A stretch of 64,000 bases of DNA from Candidatus Latescibacterota bacterium (GTDB lineage Bacteria; Latescibacterota; UBA2968; UBA8231), in contig OZ252098.1 of the NCBI GenBank assembly GCA_965248355.1, positions 2,240,001 to 2,304,000 on the forward strand. Reading direction: 5' to 3'. The position numbers and the translations under genes are program-made. Under the pieces are notes generated by a model. It was not told where the DNA came from. It did no database searches and saw only the letters and a program-made list of their open reading frames with translations. Shown here piece after piece: positions 9,387 through 18,482 of the stretch. Within the stretch, counting starts at the first letter, position 1. Every line of letters begins with the position of its first letter.

Positions 9387-10367
9387 TCAGCTCCTCTGCA
9401 CCATGCCGGTGCTCGGCGCCCCGTCGCGCCCGTCCATCGCCCTCTGCACGCGGTCGATGGTCTCCATCACCGGCAGCACCTGGGAGCAGCTGGTCAGGGC
9501 CTTGCGCCCCTCGCGGATGGCGGCGAAGAACTCGCCGTCCTGGGCGTCCACCCCGGAGGGGCCCTCTGGCAGGGGTACGTCGTTGCCGAGGTGATCGCGC
9601 AGGGTCTGGCCGTCGGTGAGCCAGGTCTCCTCCTCGCCGATGAGGCGCCAGTCCCCCTGGATCGGTCCGTGGTTGTTGAAGGACTGGGCCGCGCTCACCA
9701 GGCAGCCGTCGGCGGCGCGCAGGGAGATGCAGATGTCCATGGGCACTCCCAGCGTCTCGTGCACCGGGCCGCTGCGCCCCCAGGCTTCCATGTGGGGATC
9801 GCCGAGGAGCCAGTAGGCCATGTCGATCATGTGGCAGGCCTGGTGCCATAGCAGGTCGTCGGTCCAGATGCGCGGCTTGCCGAAGCGGTTCTCGTTGATC
9901 CGGCGGAAGAAGTAGGTGTGCTGCACGATGTGGTGCAGGTGCAGATCGCCGGCCTCGATCATCTCGTGGAGCCGGCGGAAGGCCGGGCTGTAACGCTGGG
10001 TGTGGCACATCATGGCCACCTTCCCGGACCGCTCCTCGGCCTCCGCCACGCGTTGCGACTCCGCCAGTGACAGCCCCATGGGCAGCTCGAGGAGCACGTG
10101 CTTGCCCCGCTCCAAGGCGGTCACGGTCTGCTCGCAGTGGACCTGGTTGGGGCTGGTGATGACCACGGCCTCCACCCCGGGCCGGTCGATGCACTCCTCG
10201 AAGTCGGTGGACGCATGGCCAATGCCGTGCTCCCTGGCAAACGCCTCGGCGTCGGCCTCGAGGCCGCCGGCCAGGCTGACCACTTCCACGTCCTCCATCT
10301 TGCGCAGGGCTTCCATGTGGGTCACGCCCTGGGCGCCCTCCCCCACCAGACAGACTCTCATCTTCAT
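9387..10367 (-). CDS. Gfo/Idh/MocA oxidoreductase, LigC-like
   Basis: GEGAQG, HVLLELPM, TYFFRR.N...R.WTDDLLWH as in 4-carboxy-2-hydroxymuconate-6-semialdehyde dehydrogenases. Confidence 0.8.
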   Translation of the reverse strand: MKMRVCLVGEGAQGVTHMEALRKMEDVEVVSLAGGLEADAEAFAREHGIGHASTDFEECIDRPGVEAVVITSPNQVHCEQTVTALERGKHVLLELPMGLSLAESQRVAEAEERSGKVAMMCHTQRYSPAFRRLHEMIEAGDLHLHHIVQHTYFFRRINENRFGKPRIWTDDLLWHQACHMIDMAYWLLGDPHMEAWGRSGPVHETLGVPMDICISLRAADGCLVSAAQSFNNHGPIQGDWRLIGEEETWLTDGQTLRDHLGNDVPLPEGPSGVDAQDGEFFAAIREGRKALTSCSQVLPVMETIDRVQRAMDGRDGAPSTGMVQRS

Positions 10368-10402
10368 CTCCTCACTCGTTGGGGTTCACTCCCGCGGCCA
10401 CT

Positions 10403-10430
10403 GCATCCTTCAGGTCGCATCCTTCAGGTC
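10403..10430. repeat. Perfect 14-bp tandem duplication GCATCCTTCAGGTC x2 at the hipA 3' end
   Basis: Directly visible at 10403-10416 and 10417-10430. Confidence 0.9.
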
Positions 10431-11645
10431 GTCGTGATCGAAGGCGCTGGACATCCGCTCCACCTCATTCGGCGCAATGCCCAGGTGAGCCGCAGCATCT
10501 CGCCAGCCTCGGACCGCCTTGCCCACCTCAGCCGCTGTCGCGCGCGCGGCTGGCCCGGTCATGCCGAACATGGGCGCCACCTCCATGGCGAGGTCGAGAG
10601 ATGCCGTGCCGTCCGTCTCGTCGATCGCCAGGGCATGGACGCGCGGCTTCACGTCGACCGGCACCGGGTTGAGGTCATACGCCGGTGACAGCCGCCAGCC
10701 GCTCCTCTCCCGGAGAAACCCGTGATTGCGCAGATGGTCATCGGTGTTGGAGACCAGCATGTTGAACACGATCCGCCGCCAGAGTTGGCGCAGTTCCTCC
10801 TTGACCTCGATTCCCTCCCGCCGCAGGAACTCGGCGATTTCCAGATAGCTTCGCATCTCGTCATCCGACCCTTCGATTGCGGTGAGGGCCGACATGAAGT
10901 GAATGCGCCGGCCCTGCCTGCGGTCGAAGCGGCGGGCCGTGAATACGGGGCTCCTCGATACCTGCCGGAGCTGGAACGGCGCCACGCGGACCCCGGCCGC
11001 CTCGGCCAACGCCATGGTAACCGCTTCCCATCGTGTCTCGGGCCAGTCGTCGTCCCGGCGCGGGAACTTGGCTATCAACAGGCTTCCGTCCCGGTCGCGG
11101 ACCGTGGCCTTGGGACGGGCGCCGCCGAGCGAGGTGCCGGGGGCCAGGAGCAATCGCAGGTCGTCGTCGCTCTCCCTGGATTCGATGACGCGAGTGGTGG
11201 CGGACAGCAGCCGCGGCAGATCGACGACCGGCGGCACCTGCCGGCCGGTCGAGGCGAGAAACGGACCGCCCTCCGCCTCCTTGAACCGAAGGGCGCCGAG
11301 CCGCGTCTCGTCGTCGACGAGGATGAGAAAGTCGACCTCGAGCAGTGTCCTGGGTTGGCGCCCCTCCGCCGACGCCCTCCGCAGCTCGTTGCGGCGAATG
11401 AGGGTCTGTCCCCAGCGGTCCGGGGCGGGATCGGTGAAGGCATTGAACAGGGGCCGGTCCGTGTGGAACGGCCCAAGCCCCGGGGGGAGCACCGGATCGA
11501 GCCCGAAGGCGTCCCGGCGCCCCAGCCACGATCGGGCGTACTCGAAGGAGGCCGTCTGCCGGGCCCCTCGCGTGCGGGCCCACAGGGTGCCTACGGAAAC
11601 GGGCTCACCGCCCCGATCCATGAATACGGAGATCTCACTTTCCAT
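10410..11645 (-). CDS. hipA: HipA-family toxin kinase
   Basis: APDRWG, SLGGARPKA, IAKFP, RRFDR, NTDDHLRNHGF, LSPAYDLNP. Confidence 0.93.
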   Translation of the reverse strand: MESEISVFMDRGGEPVSVGTLWARTRGARQTASFEYARSWLGRRDAFGLDPVLPPGLGPFHTDRPLFNAFTDPAPDRWGQTLIRRNELRRASAEGRQPRTLLEVDFLILVDDETRLGALRFKEAEGGPFLASTGRQVPPVVDLPRLLSATTRVIESRESDDDLRLLLAPGTSLGGARPKATVRDRDGSLLIAKFPRRDDDWPETRWEAVTMALAEAAGVRVAPFQLRQVSRSPVFTARRFDRRQGRRIHFMSALTAIEGSDDEMRSYLEIAEFLRREGIEVKEELRQLWRRIVFNMLVSNTDDHLRNHGFLRERSGWRLSPAYDLNPVPVDVKPRVHALAIDETDGTASLDLAMEVAPMFGMTGPAARATAAEVGKAVRGWRDAAAHLGIAPNEVERMSSAFDHDDLKDAT

Positions 11646-11985
11646 GGCCGCTGTCCGACGGTGCCTCCCGGGCAGTACGGATGCGCCGCGGCAGCCGTTC
11701 CTCTTCGAGGCTGAGCCCGACCGGGTCCCGAGCCGCGTCCGCGAGGTCTCCCAGTCGGTCCGCCATTCCCAGGACGAAGAGGACGGAGGCGTAGATGCCC
11801 ATCGATACGCCGGGGTCCCCTTTCTCGACCCTGGCCAGGGTGGTGCGGCTGATGAAGGCGCGCTCCGCCATGAGAGCCATGGGTATCCGTCGCCGGCGGC
11901 GGGCGGCCGAGAGATCCATGCCCAGTTTCTGCAGGGCGCGCCGCACCCCGAGGGGCAGCGCCTGTTGGGATCGGGAGGATTTCAT
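11635..11985 (-). CDS. XRE-family HTH antitoxin (HipB-like)
   Basis: ARRRRRIPMALMAERAFISRTTLARVEKGDPGVSMG; overlaps hipA start. Confidence 0.88.
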   Translation of the reverse strand: MKSSRSQQALPLGVRRALQKLGMDLSAARRRRRIPMALMAERAFISRTTLARVEKGDPGVSMGIYASVLFVLGMADRLGDLADAARDPVGLSLEEERLPRRIRTAREAPSDSGHGK

Positions 11986-12020
11986 GAACGAGAAAGCAGG
12001 CGATAAAGCGTATATGGACC

Positions 12021-12048
12021 AATTTATGCATCTTTACGGGGATGTCAA
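12021..12048 (-). promoter_or_regulatory. sigma70-type promoter of the hipBA-like pair, with overlapping imperfect inverted repeat
   Basis: Minus strand TTGACA-16 nt-TAAATT; TAAAGCGTATA...TATGCATCTTTA imperfect palindrome (possible operator). Confidence 0.55.
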
Positions 12049-12055
12049 CGGAGAC

Positions 12056-12625
12056 TTAAGGCAGGTCATGCAGCTCCTCTCGACCCTTCTCGGTGAGCTC
12101 CCAGATCCCCCTCCGGGAGTAGGGGTTCAGGAAACCTTCCTTGACCATCTTCCAGCGCGCCCAATGGACGTTCTTTTGCCAGCGCTGCATCCCGCCGGAC
12201 AGCCGTTCGTAGTCGACTTCGCCCAGGACCGGCTTCATGATTCGTCCCACACGCTCCACGACCGCATTGGCCTCGCCGCTCCCTCCCATCTTGTCCAGGA
12301 CCTGCAGAATCGGCTTGACAAACTCCTTCCGCGGCGTTGGCTGCCCCTTGGACTTGCCGTTGCTGGGGAGGTCACGGATTCTCTCATTCTCGCTCTGTTC
12401 GGCCGACAAGGAAAGCTCCGCCCATCCCTTTGCAAGCTCGGCAACCTTGTCCCGAAACGCCGTCAGGGCCTTCGACCGCTGCAATGACTTCTCGGCATCG
12501 CCGTGGTCCCCCCTCGCCAAGCAATCGGTCACGGCCCGGTTTGCCCCGTCGATCTCTTTCTCGACCTCTTCTTGAAGCACTTGAAACGCCGATGTGACGT
12601 TCCCAGGGCCACTCTCGCTCGTCAT
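12056..12625 (-). CDS. Helical N-terminus + Mrr N-terminal winged-helix domain, no nuclease domain
   Basis: PILQVLDKMGGSG...RWQKNVHWARWKMVKEGFL...RGIWELTEKG; start MTSES at 12625. Confidence 0.75.
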   Translation of the reverse strand: MTSESGPGNVTSAFQVLQEEVEKEIDGANRAVTDCLARGDHGDAEKSLQRSKALTAFRDKVAELAKGWAELSLSAEQSENERIRDLPSNGKSKGQPTPRKEFVKPILQVLDKMGGSGEANAVVERVGRIMKPVLGEVDYERLSGGMQRWQKNVHWARWKMVKEGFLNPYSRRGIWELTEKGREELHDLP

Positions 12626-12794
12626 TCCGCCATTCCCTTCTGCCTGCCTCGGCGCAGCGTCCCCTTCTGATCCGCTGGCCGAGAGGGGTAGGCGGTGATG
12701 ACGTGCCCGCTGCGCATGGTAGTGTACCCCAAATCCTGGACAGGTGGCTAAGCGAGACTTTGCGTCCACCGACCCACTGTCCGGAGGGGCTTGG

Positions 12795-13088
12795 ATGACG
12801 AGGAAACGCAAGACGCATTCGGCGCAGTTCAAGGCCAAGGTGGCCTTGGAGGCTCTGCGCGAACGGCAGACAGTCAACGAGCTGGCCCACAAGTTCTCCG
12901 TCCACCCCAGCCAGATCCACGGCTGGAAGAAGCAGTTGCTGGAGCGGCTGCCCGAGGTCTTCCGGGGCCCCGGGACCCGCCGGGGCGACGACGAGGCCGC
13001 CTTGGTGCCCGAGCTCTACCAGCAGATCGGGCGGCTGCAGATGGAACTGGAGTGGCTTCAAAAAAAACACGAGGCTCTCGGTGGCTGA
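12795..13088 (+). CDS. IS3 transposase OrfA (HTH)
   Basis: [17 protein letters not shown]...[13 protein letters not shown]...[18 protein letters not shown]. Confidence 0.9.
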   Translation: MTRKRKTHSAQFKAKVALEALRERQTVNELAHKFSVHPSQIHGWKKQLLERLPEVFRGPGTRRGDDEAALVPELYQQIGRLQMELEWLQKKHEALGG

Positions 13089-13908
13089 GCGCCGCGCCCT
13101 CATCGAGCCGCACCCCGGCCCGCTGAGCGTGCATCGGCAGTGCCAACTGCTCGGGCTGGCCCGCTCCAGTTTCTACTACCGCCCGGAGGCGCCGGATCGG
13201 CTCACCCTCGACCTGATGAACGCCATCGACCGGATCTACACCGAGCACCCGGTCTACGGCGTGCGCCGGATCTGCGCGGCCCTGAGGCGGGACGGCTACC
13301 CGGTCAATCCCAAGCGCGTGCACCGCCTGATGAAGGCCCTGGGCCTGCAGGCGATCTATCCCCGGCCGCGACCGACTACCCCCAACCCTCAGCACCGGGT
13401 CTATCCGTATCTGCTGCGAGGGGTGACCGTGAACCGGCCGGACCAGGTGTGGTGCAGCGACATCACCCATCTGCCGATGCCCTCCGGCTTCGTCTACCTG
13501 GTGGCGGTCATGGACTGGTTCAGCCGCTACGTGCTGGCCTGGCGGGTCTCCAACACCCTCGACGCGGCCTTCTGCCTGGAGGCCCTGGAGGAAGCCCTGA
13601 GCCAGGGGCGGCCGGAGATCTTCAACACCGACCAGGGGGCCCAGTTCACCAGCACCGCCTTCACCGGGCGGGTCGAGGCGGCCGGGGCCCGGGTGAGCAT
13701 GGACGGCCGCGGCCGGGTGCTGGACAACATCTTCATCGAGCGGCTGTGGCGCTCCCTGAAGTACGAGGACATCTACCTGAAGGCCTACGACAGCGTCCCC
13801 GAGTTGATCGAGGGCGTGGCGGCCTACTTCCGCTTCTACAACCTCGAGCGGCCGCACCAGGCCTTCGACTACGAGACCCCCAGCGATGTCTACCACCGGG
13901 CGGCCTGA
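13081..13908 (+). CDS. IS3 transposase OrfB (DDE/rve)
   Basis: [33 protein letters not shown]. Confidence 0.93.
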   Translation: MAERRALIEPHPGPLSVHRQCQLLGLARSSFYYRPEAPDRLTLDLMNAIDRIYTEHPVYGVRRICAALRRDGYPVNPKRVHRLMKALGLQAIYPRPRPTTPNPQHRVYPYLLRGVTVNRPDQVWCSDITHLPMPSGFVYLVAVMDWFSRYVLAWRVSNTLDAAFCLEALEEALSQGRPEIFNTDQGAQFTSTAFTGRVEAAGARVSMDGRGRVLDNIFIERLWRSLKYEDIYLKAYDSVPELIEGVAAYFRFYNLERPHQAFDYETPSDVYHRAA

Positions 13909-14105
13909 GCGCGGGGGCTCCTCACGGCCTCGGTGGCCCGGCCTGGGTGCAAGTCCGGGAGGCGGGGCTTCGGTCCCAGCGCCGGGGCGCAGTACGGCTC
14001 CATTACATCTCGAGACTCTCGCTTGTACAAGCCCAATTCCTGTCCAGTTGACGGGGTACACTTCCGCAATGCGCATGTCGGCATGTCGGGAATAGACGAT
14101 GTCGA

Positions 14106-15111
14106 TCATTGGTTGTCTCCTCCACTCTCAGCACTGTTCCCCGCTTCATTGGTAGCCGCCTTTTCCACAACCTCCCTTATTGTGCCCTCGGAATCTGTGG
14201 CCAGGAGCTGTGCAATGTCCCCTCCTCCTTCCACGACCGGCTTGATGGAGGGAGGCAGCCTGTCTTCGAGCCACTGCGCGCGCTCCCCGCCTGCGTCTTC
14301 CTCCTGCAGTTCCTCCGGGATCTCGGAGAGCCGCGCGTAGCCGGTCTCAAGGGCCCACTTGGCGTTTGCGGAACCATTGGCTATGCCGTCGAGTTCATCT
14401 GGACATATGTGGTAATCGGGGAACCTGAACTGCGGTGGGAAAGCGAGATCCTCGCTGTCCACGTCGACGACGCGGGGTATGGCGAGTTCATCCTTCAACC
14501 GGCGCAGATAGCTGGCGAAGGGGTTGTTCTTTGAGGGATCGAAGAAGACCGGGCTCCCCGGATTGCCAGCCAAGTGCTCTCCGAACAGATCGATCTTCGA
14601 GATAGATGCCTCTTCCTCCCATATAGCCCCATTCGCGGCGTCCAAGGCTTCAAAGAAAACCCCATGCCCAGAGCTGATCTGCTGAAGATGATCGGACCCC
14701 TCTTCCACTTCTTTGCGTCTGCGGGCGAGACTTCCTTCGGCCAGAAGCGTGAAGAAGAGCGGCGCCATATTGATGTCTCGGTGGCGCTGACGCCGTATCG
14801 GCGCTTGACGAGGTCGTAGGCGAGCCTGGCCTTGGGCGAGATCTGCGCGCCGATCTGGACGCGCTCAGGAGCGGGGGCAGGGGCCCCGTCAGGCTCGGGC
14901 AGTGGCACCTCACCGGTGAGCACACCCGCTTCGACACCGAGTGCCTTGGCCAGGCGATTCACGGTGTCCTCCCGCGTCTTCTGGCAGTGCTCGGGTTCGT
15001 TCTCCAGGCGTTGGACCGTGCGGATGGCAATTTTCGACCGTCGAGATAGCTCGGGCCGCGTCAGACCTTGTCTTCCCGAAGGCTCAGTAGTCGATCAGGA
15101 TGAATCTTCAT
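14106..15111 (-). pseudogene. XRE-HTH protein with large C-terminal domain, two apparent 1-bp frameshifts
   Basis: MKIHPDRLLSLREDK / GLTRPELSRRSKIAIRTVQRLE...RYGVSATE / INMAPLFFTLLAEGSL... in successive frames (shifts near 15067 and 14776). Confidence 0.65.
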
Positions 15112-15318
15112 GCCCTATGCCCCTTTCCCCTCGGACGGCTATTTCCTGCCTTCGGAAAGCACCGCCGAAGCCGGTCAGGCGCATGGGGGAGACCCGCACA
15201 ATTCCGATTCCCGGTGAAGCCGCCCGGAGGCACAGCGCCAGCCCATGGGTCGGCCGCAGGACCGCCGGGCAGGAGGAGACCGACCCTGGAGAACCCCCGG
15301 CGGGCGTACCTCGGGAGG

Positions 15319-17307
15319 TTACCCCTGCTCCGGCGGCCACGGCTCCAGGCCGCGGACCCGCTCCGCCAGCTCCCGCCAGCGGCGCGGGCGGTACGGCGGC
15401 ACCTGGGTCTCGCGCAGATCGAAGCCGAAGGCGCGCTTGCTGAGCACGATGAGCGGCGGAGACTGGATGCGCTTGAAGAAGCTGACCCGCAGCTGGTCCT
15501 CCACCCACGCCAGGTCGTCGATCCACGTCCGGGGCGTGGGGAAGTAGCACCCGAAGGTGCGGTCGCCGTCGCGGCCCCCCCAGCCCAGCTCCGCGAACAG
15601 CCGCCCCTCCAGCAGCCACTGCATCAGGTCGGCCGGATGACGGCGGTACTCGATGAGCTGGCGCAGCACGGCGTCGTGGTACCCGTACTTGATCGGGTCG
15701 CCCTTGCCCCGGGTCACGTCCTGCTCGGCCGACAACTCGGCGCTGGGCACGGTGGAGCGGTCGAGCAGGTTCCGCGGGATCACCTCGCTGTCGTAGACCT
15801 CGGCGTTCAGGTACTCCCCCAGCTCGTAGACCTGCACCTTGTAGAGGTCGGCGATGGGGGCCACGGCGCCGGAGAGGTCGCCGTAGAGGGTGGTGTAGCC
15901 CAGGGCCATCTCGGTCTTGTTGCCGTTATTCGTGAACAGCAGGCCGTGCCTGGCGGCGAGGCCGGAGAGCACGTCGGAGCCGCGGATGCGGGCCTGCAGG
16001 TTCTCGTCCACGAGCGATCCGTAGTCACCGGCCGAGCGCGGAAAGACCGCCTCCCGCACGACGCGCGAGACGGCGCCGTAGAGCTCCTCGATGGGCACGC
16101 TCAGGTAGTCGATCCCCAGCTCTTCCGCCAGGCCCCGGGCGTTGTTGCGGGTCACGGCGGCGTTGAAGCGGGTGGGCATGTTGACGGCGAAGACCCGCCC
16201 GGGGCCGAAGGCGCGCTCCAGGAGACAGGCCACGACGCTGGAGTCGATGCCGCCCGACAGGCCCACGAGGTAGCGGTTGGCGCCGCCGCGGATGTGGTCG
16301 AGGTGGCGCAGTCCGGTGAGCACGGCGCCGTACACGGCCTCGACCTCCTTCGACGCAGCCGTAGATGTCTGCAAGGTGACCGCGGAAACCGCGTCGGCCG
16401 CGGCCTCGACCCGGGGCGGCTCCCCCCCGCCGGCGAAGACCACCTGCTCGCGCCAGGGCCGGGCGCGGGCGGCGATGGCGCCGTCGGGCTCGTACGCGGT
16501 GGTGTCGCCGTCGAAGACGAGGATGTTCTTGCCGTTGTTCTGCGCGCCCACGTGGTTGACGTAGAGGAAGGGCAGGGGCGACGGCCGCAGGATGTCGCGC
16601 ACCGTGCGGTTGCGCTTGTCGTTCTTCTGCCAGGTCCAGGGTGAGGAGGAGAGGTTGAAGACCGCCTCGGCCCCGGCGGCGGCGTAGAGGGAGAGGGTGT
16701 CGAGGACGGCGCCGTCCCAGCGGTAGTCGGCGCACCAGATGTCCTCGCACAGCTGCGCCCCGAAGCGGAAGCGGCCGCCCCCCCGGCGCGGCACCTCGAA
16801 GGGCACGGCCCACTCGGAGAGCGGGCGACCCTGCTCGGCGGCCAGCTTGCGCACCGAGTAGAAGTGCCGGTCGTCGTCGAAGAACCGGTAGTTGGGGTGC
16901 AGGGTCTTGGGCTGGCAGCCGGGAGGAAGTCCCGGCGGCAGGCCCGGGCGCTCCACCCAGCGGCCATCGTGACAGACGCGCGCCGTGTTGTACTTGCGCG
17001 GGCGACCGTCCTCGCCGAGGGCCTGGGGATCGCGGACGACGTTGCCGAAGAGGACGGTCACGCCCTCGCTGGCGGCGCGCACCTCGTCGCTGAGGGCGGC
17101 CCAGTCCTCCACCAGGGCGTCCACCTCCCACAGGTCGCCGACGATGTACCCCGAGAGGCACATCTCCGGAAAGGCGACGACCTCGGCGCCGCCCTCCCGG
17201 GCCTGCGAGATCAGCCGCCGGACGCGACGGGCGTTGGCCTCCGGCCGTCCCGGCAACACCTCCATCTGCGCCAGGGCGACGCGCGGCAGCTGCCGGAGGT
17301 GGGACAT
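15319..17307 (-). CDS. nadE: Glutamine-dependent NAD+ synthetase
   Basis: Nitrilase-fold triad (FPEM, KTLHPNY, LCEDIW) + SGGIDS, ENLQARIRG, GNKTE, GYTTLYGD, PSAEL. Confidence 0.95.
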   Translation of the reverse strand: MSHLRQLPRVALAQMEVLPGRPEANARRVRRLISQAREGGAEVVAFPEMCLSGYIVGDLWEVDALVEDWAALSDEVRAASEGVTVLFGNVVRDPQALGEDGRPRKYNTARVCHDGRWVERPGLPPGLPPGCQPKTLHPNYRFFDDDRHFYSVRKLAAEQGRPLSEWAVPFEVPRRGGGRFRFGAQLCEDIWCADYRWDGAVLDTLSLYAAAGAEAVFNLSSSPWTWQKNDKRNRTVRDILRPSPLPFLYVNHVGAQNNGKNILVFDGDTTAYEPDGAIAARARPWREQVVFAGGGEPPRVEAAADAVSAVTLQTSTAASKEVEAVYGAVLTGLRHLDHIRGGANRYLVGLSGGIDSSVVACLLERAFGPGRVFAVNMPTRFNAAVTRNNARGLAEELGIDYLSVPIEELYGAVSRVVREAVFPRSAGDYGSLVDENLQARIRGSDVLSGLAARHGLLFTNNGNKTEMALGYTTLYGDLSGAVAPIADLYKVQVYELGEYLNAEVYDSEVIPRNLLDRSTVPSAELSAEQDVTRGKGDPIKYGYHDAVLRQLIEYRRHPADLMQWLLEGRLFAELGWGGRDGDRTFGCYFPTPRTWIDDLAWVEDQLRVSFFKRIQSPPLIVLSKRAFGFDLRETQVPPYRPRRWRELAERVRGLEPWPPEQG

Positions 17308-17323
17308 GCCGCGGCCGGTCCGC

Positions 17324-18466
17324 CTAGCCGGCGGCCACCGCCTCGGAGCGCCGCGCGGCGCGGATGCACCCGCCGAGCCGAAGGATGCCCTCGCGGATGC
17401 TGTCCACCGGGGGCTGACCGAAGGCCAGACGGATGTTGGGCACGTCCTCGCCGCGCACGTGGAAGCCGCGCCCCCGGGCGAAGCGGACGCCGCGTTCGTC
17501 GGCCAGCTCCTGCAGGCGGTCGAGGTCGAGGTCGCCGGGCAGGCGCACCCAGACGAACAGCCCGCCCACGGGCCTCGACCAGGTGCAGATGTCGCCCACG
17601 CTCTCCTGCAGCCCGGCGAGCACGGCGTCCCGCTTCTGCTTGAGGGCCGCGTTCGTGCGCTCGCAGTGCGCCCAGAGCCGGTCCCGGAAGAACTCGGCCA
17701 GCACCGACGCGGCCAGCAGGCTGTTGCCGCCGTCGTAGCGCCGGTCGAGGAGGCGCTGCAGCATGGGCGGACGGGCCAGGACGTAGCCCATGCGCACGCC
17801 GGGGCCGAGGATCTTGGACAGGGAGCAGATGTAGACGTGATCGGCGTCCGGGTCGAGGGCGTAGAGCGCGGGCGCCTTGGGCCCCTCGAAGTGGACGTCG
17901 CCGTAGCAGTTGTCCTCCACCAGGGGCACCCCGTGGCGCCGGGCCACCTCGATCAGCTCCAGGCGGCGGGTCCTCGGCATGACCAACCCGGTGGGGTTCT
18001 GATAGGTGGGCAGGGTGTAGACGAAGCGCGCCGGCGTGCCGGCCCGCTCCAGCTCGTGCAGCCTGGCGTCGAGGGCGTCCGCGCGCATGCCCTCCTCGTC
18101 GAGGCCGACGCCCTCCAGCCGCACGCCGAGGCGGCGGTAGGCGCCGATCGTGCCGGAGTAGGTCAGCTCCTCGCACACGACCACGTTCTCCCCGGCGCCG
18201 CCGGCCAACGCCTCGGCCACCAGGGTCACCCCCTGCATCGACCCGTTCATCAGGGCGATGTCCTCGGGCGATACGGGGACCCCCTCGCGGTCCGACTCGC
18301 GGGCGGCCATGACCTCGCGCAGGCCGAGGTGGCCCTGGTCGCCGGGGTAGCGCGTGAAGGCCTCCCCCACGCCGGGGATCGCCTTGACCGCGGCCTCGGC
18401 CAGCTCGGCGGTGGGAAAGGTCGAAGGGTTCGTGCAACCGCTGCCGAAGTCGTAGACGCCACTCAT
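17324..18466 (-). CDS. PLP-dependent class I aminotransferase (LysN/MocR-like)
   Basis: PTYQNPTG, EDNCY, SLSKILGPGVRMG. Confidence 0.9.
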   Translation of the reverse strand: MSGVYDFGSGCTNPSTFPTAELAEAAVKAIPGVGEAFTRYPGDQGHLGLREVMAARESDREGVPVSPEDIALMNGSMQGVTLVAEALAGGAGENVVVCEELTYSGTIGAYRRLGVRLEGVGLDEEGMRADALDARLHELERAGTPARFVYTLPTYQNPTGLVMPRTRRLELIEVARRHGVPLVEDNCYGDVHFEGPKAPALYALDPDADHVYICSLSKILGPGVRMGYVLARPPMLQRLLDRRYDGGNSLLAASVLAEFFRDRLWAHCERTNAALKQKRDAVLAGLQESVGDICTWSRPVGGLFVWVRLPGDLDLDRLQELADERGVRFARGRGFHVRGEDVPNIRLAFGQPPVDSIREGILRLGGCIRAARRSEAVAAG

Positions 18467-18482
18467 CTGGAGTTCTCCTGTT

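Larger units (their letters stand above)
12717..14066 (+). mobile_element. IS3-family insertion sequence (~1.35 kb)
   Basis: Imperfect terminal IRs TGGTAGTGTACCCCAAATCCTGGACA / TGTCCAGTTGACGGGGTACACTTCCG; orfA + orfB. Confidence 0.93.
12622..14109 (-). pseudogene. Small DUF4258-like (RelE-fold toxin-like) gene split by IS3
   Basis: N-terminal MIDIVYSRHADMRI (14109-14068) and C-terminal RSGHVITAYPSRPADQKGTLRRGRQKGMAE* (12714-12622) flank the IS; ATGA couplings at both ends. Confidence 0.55.
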
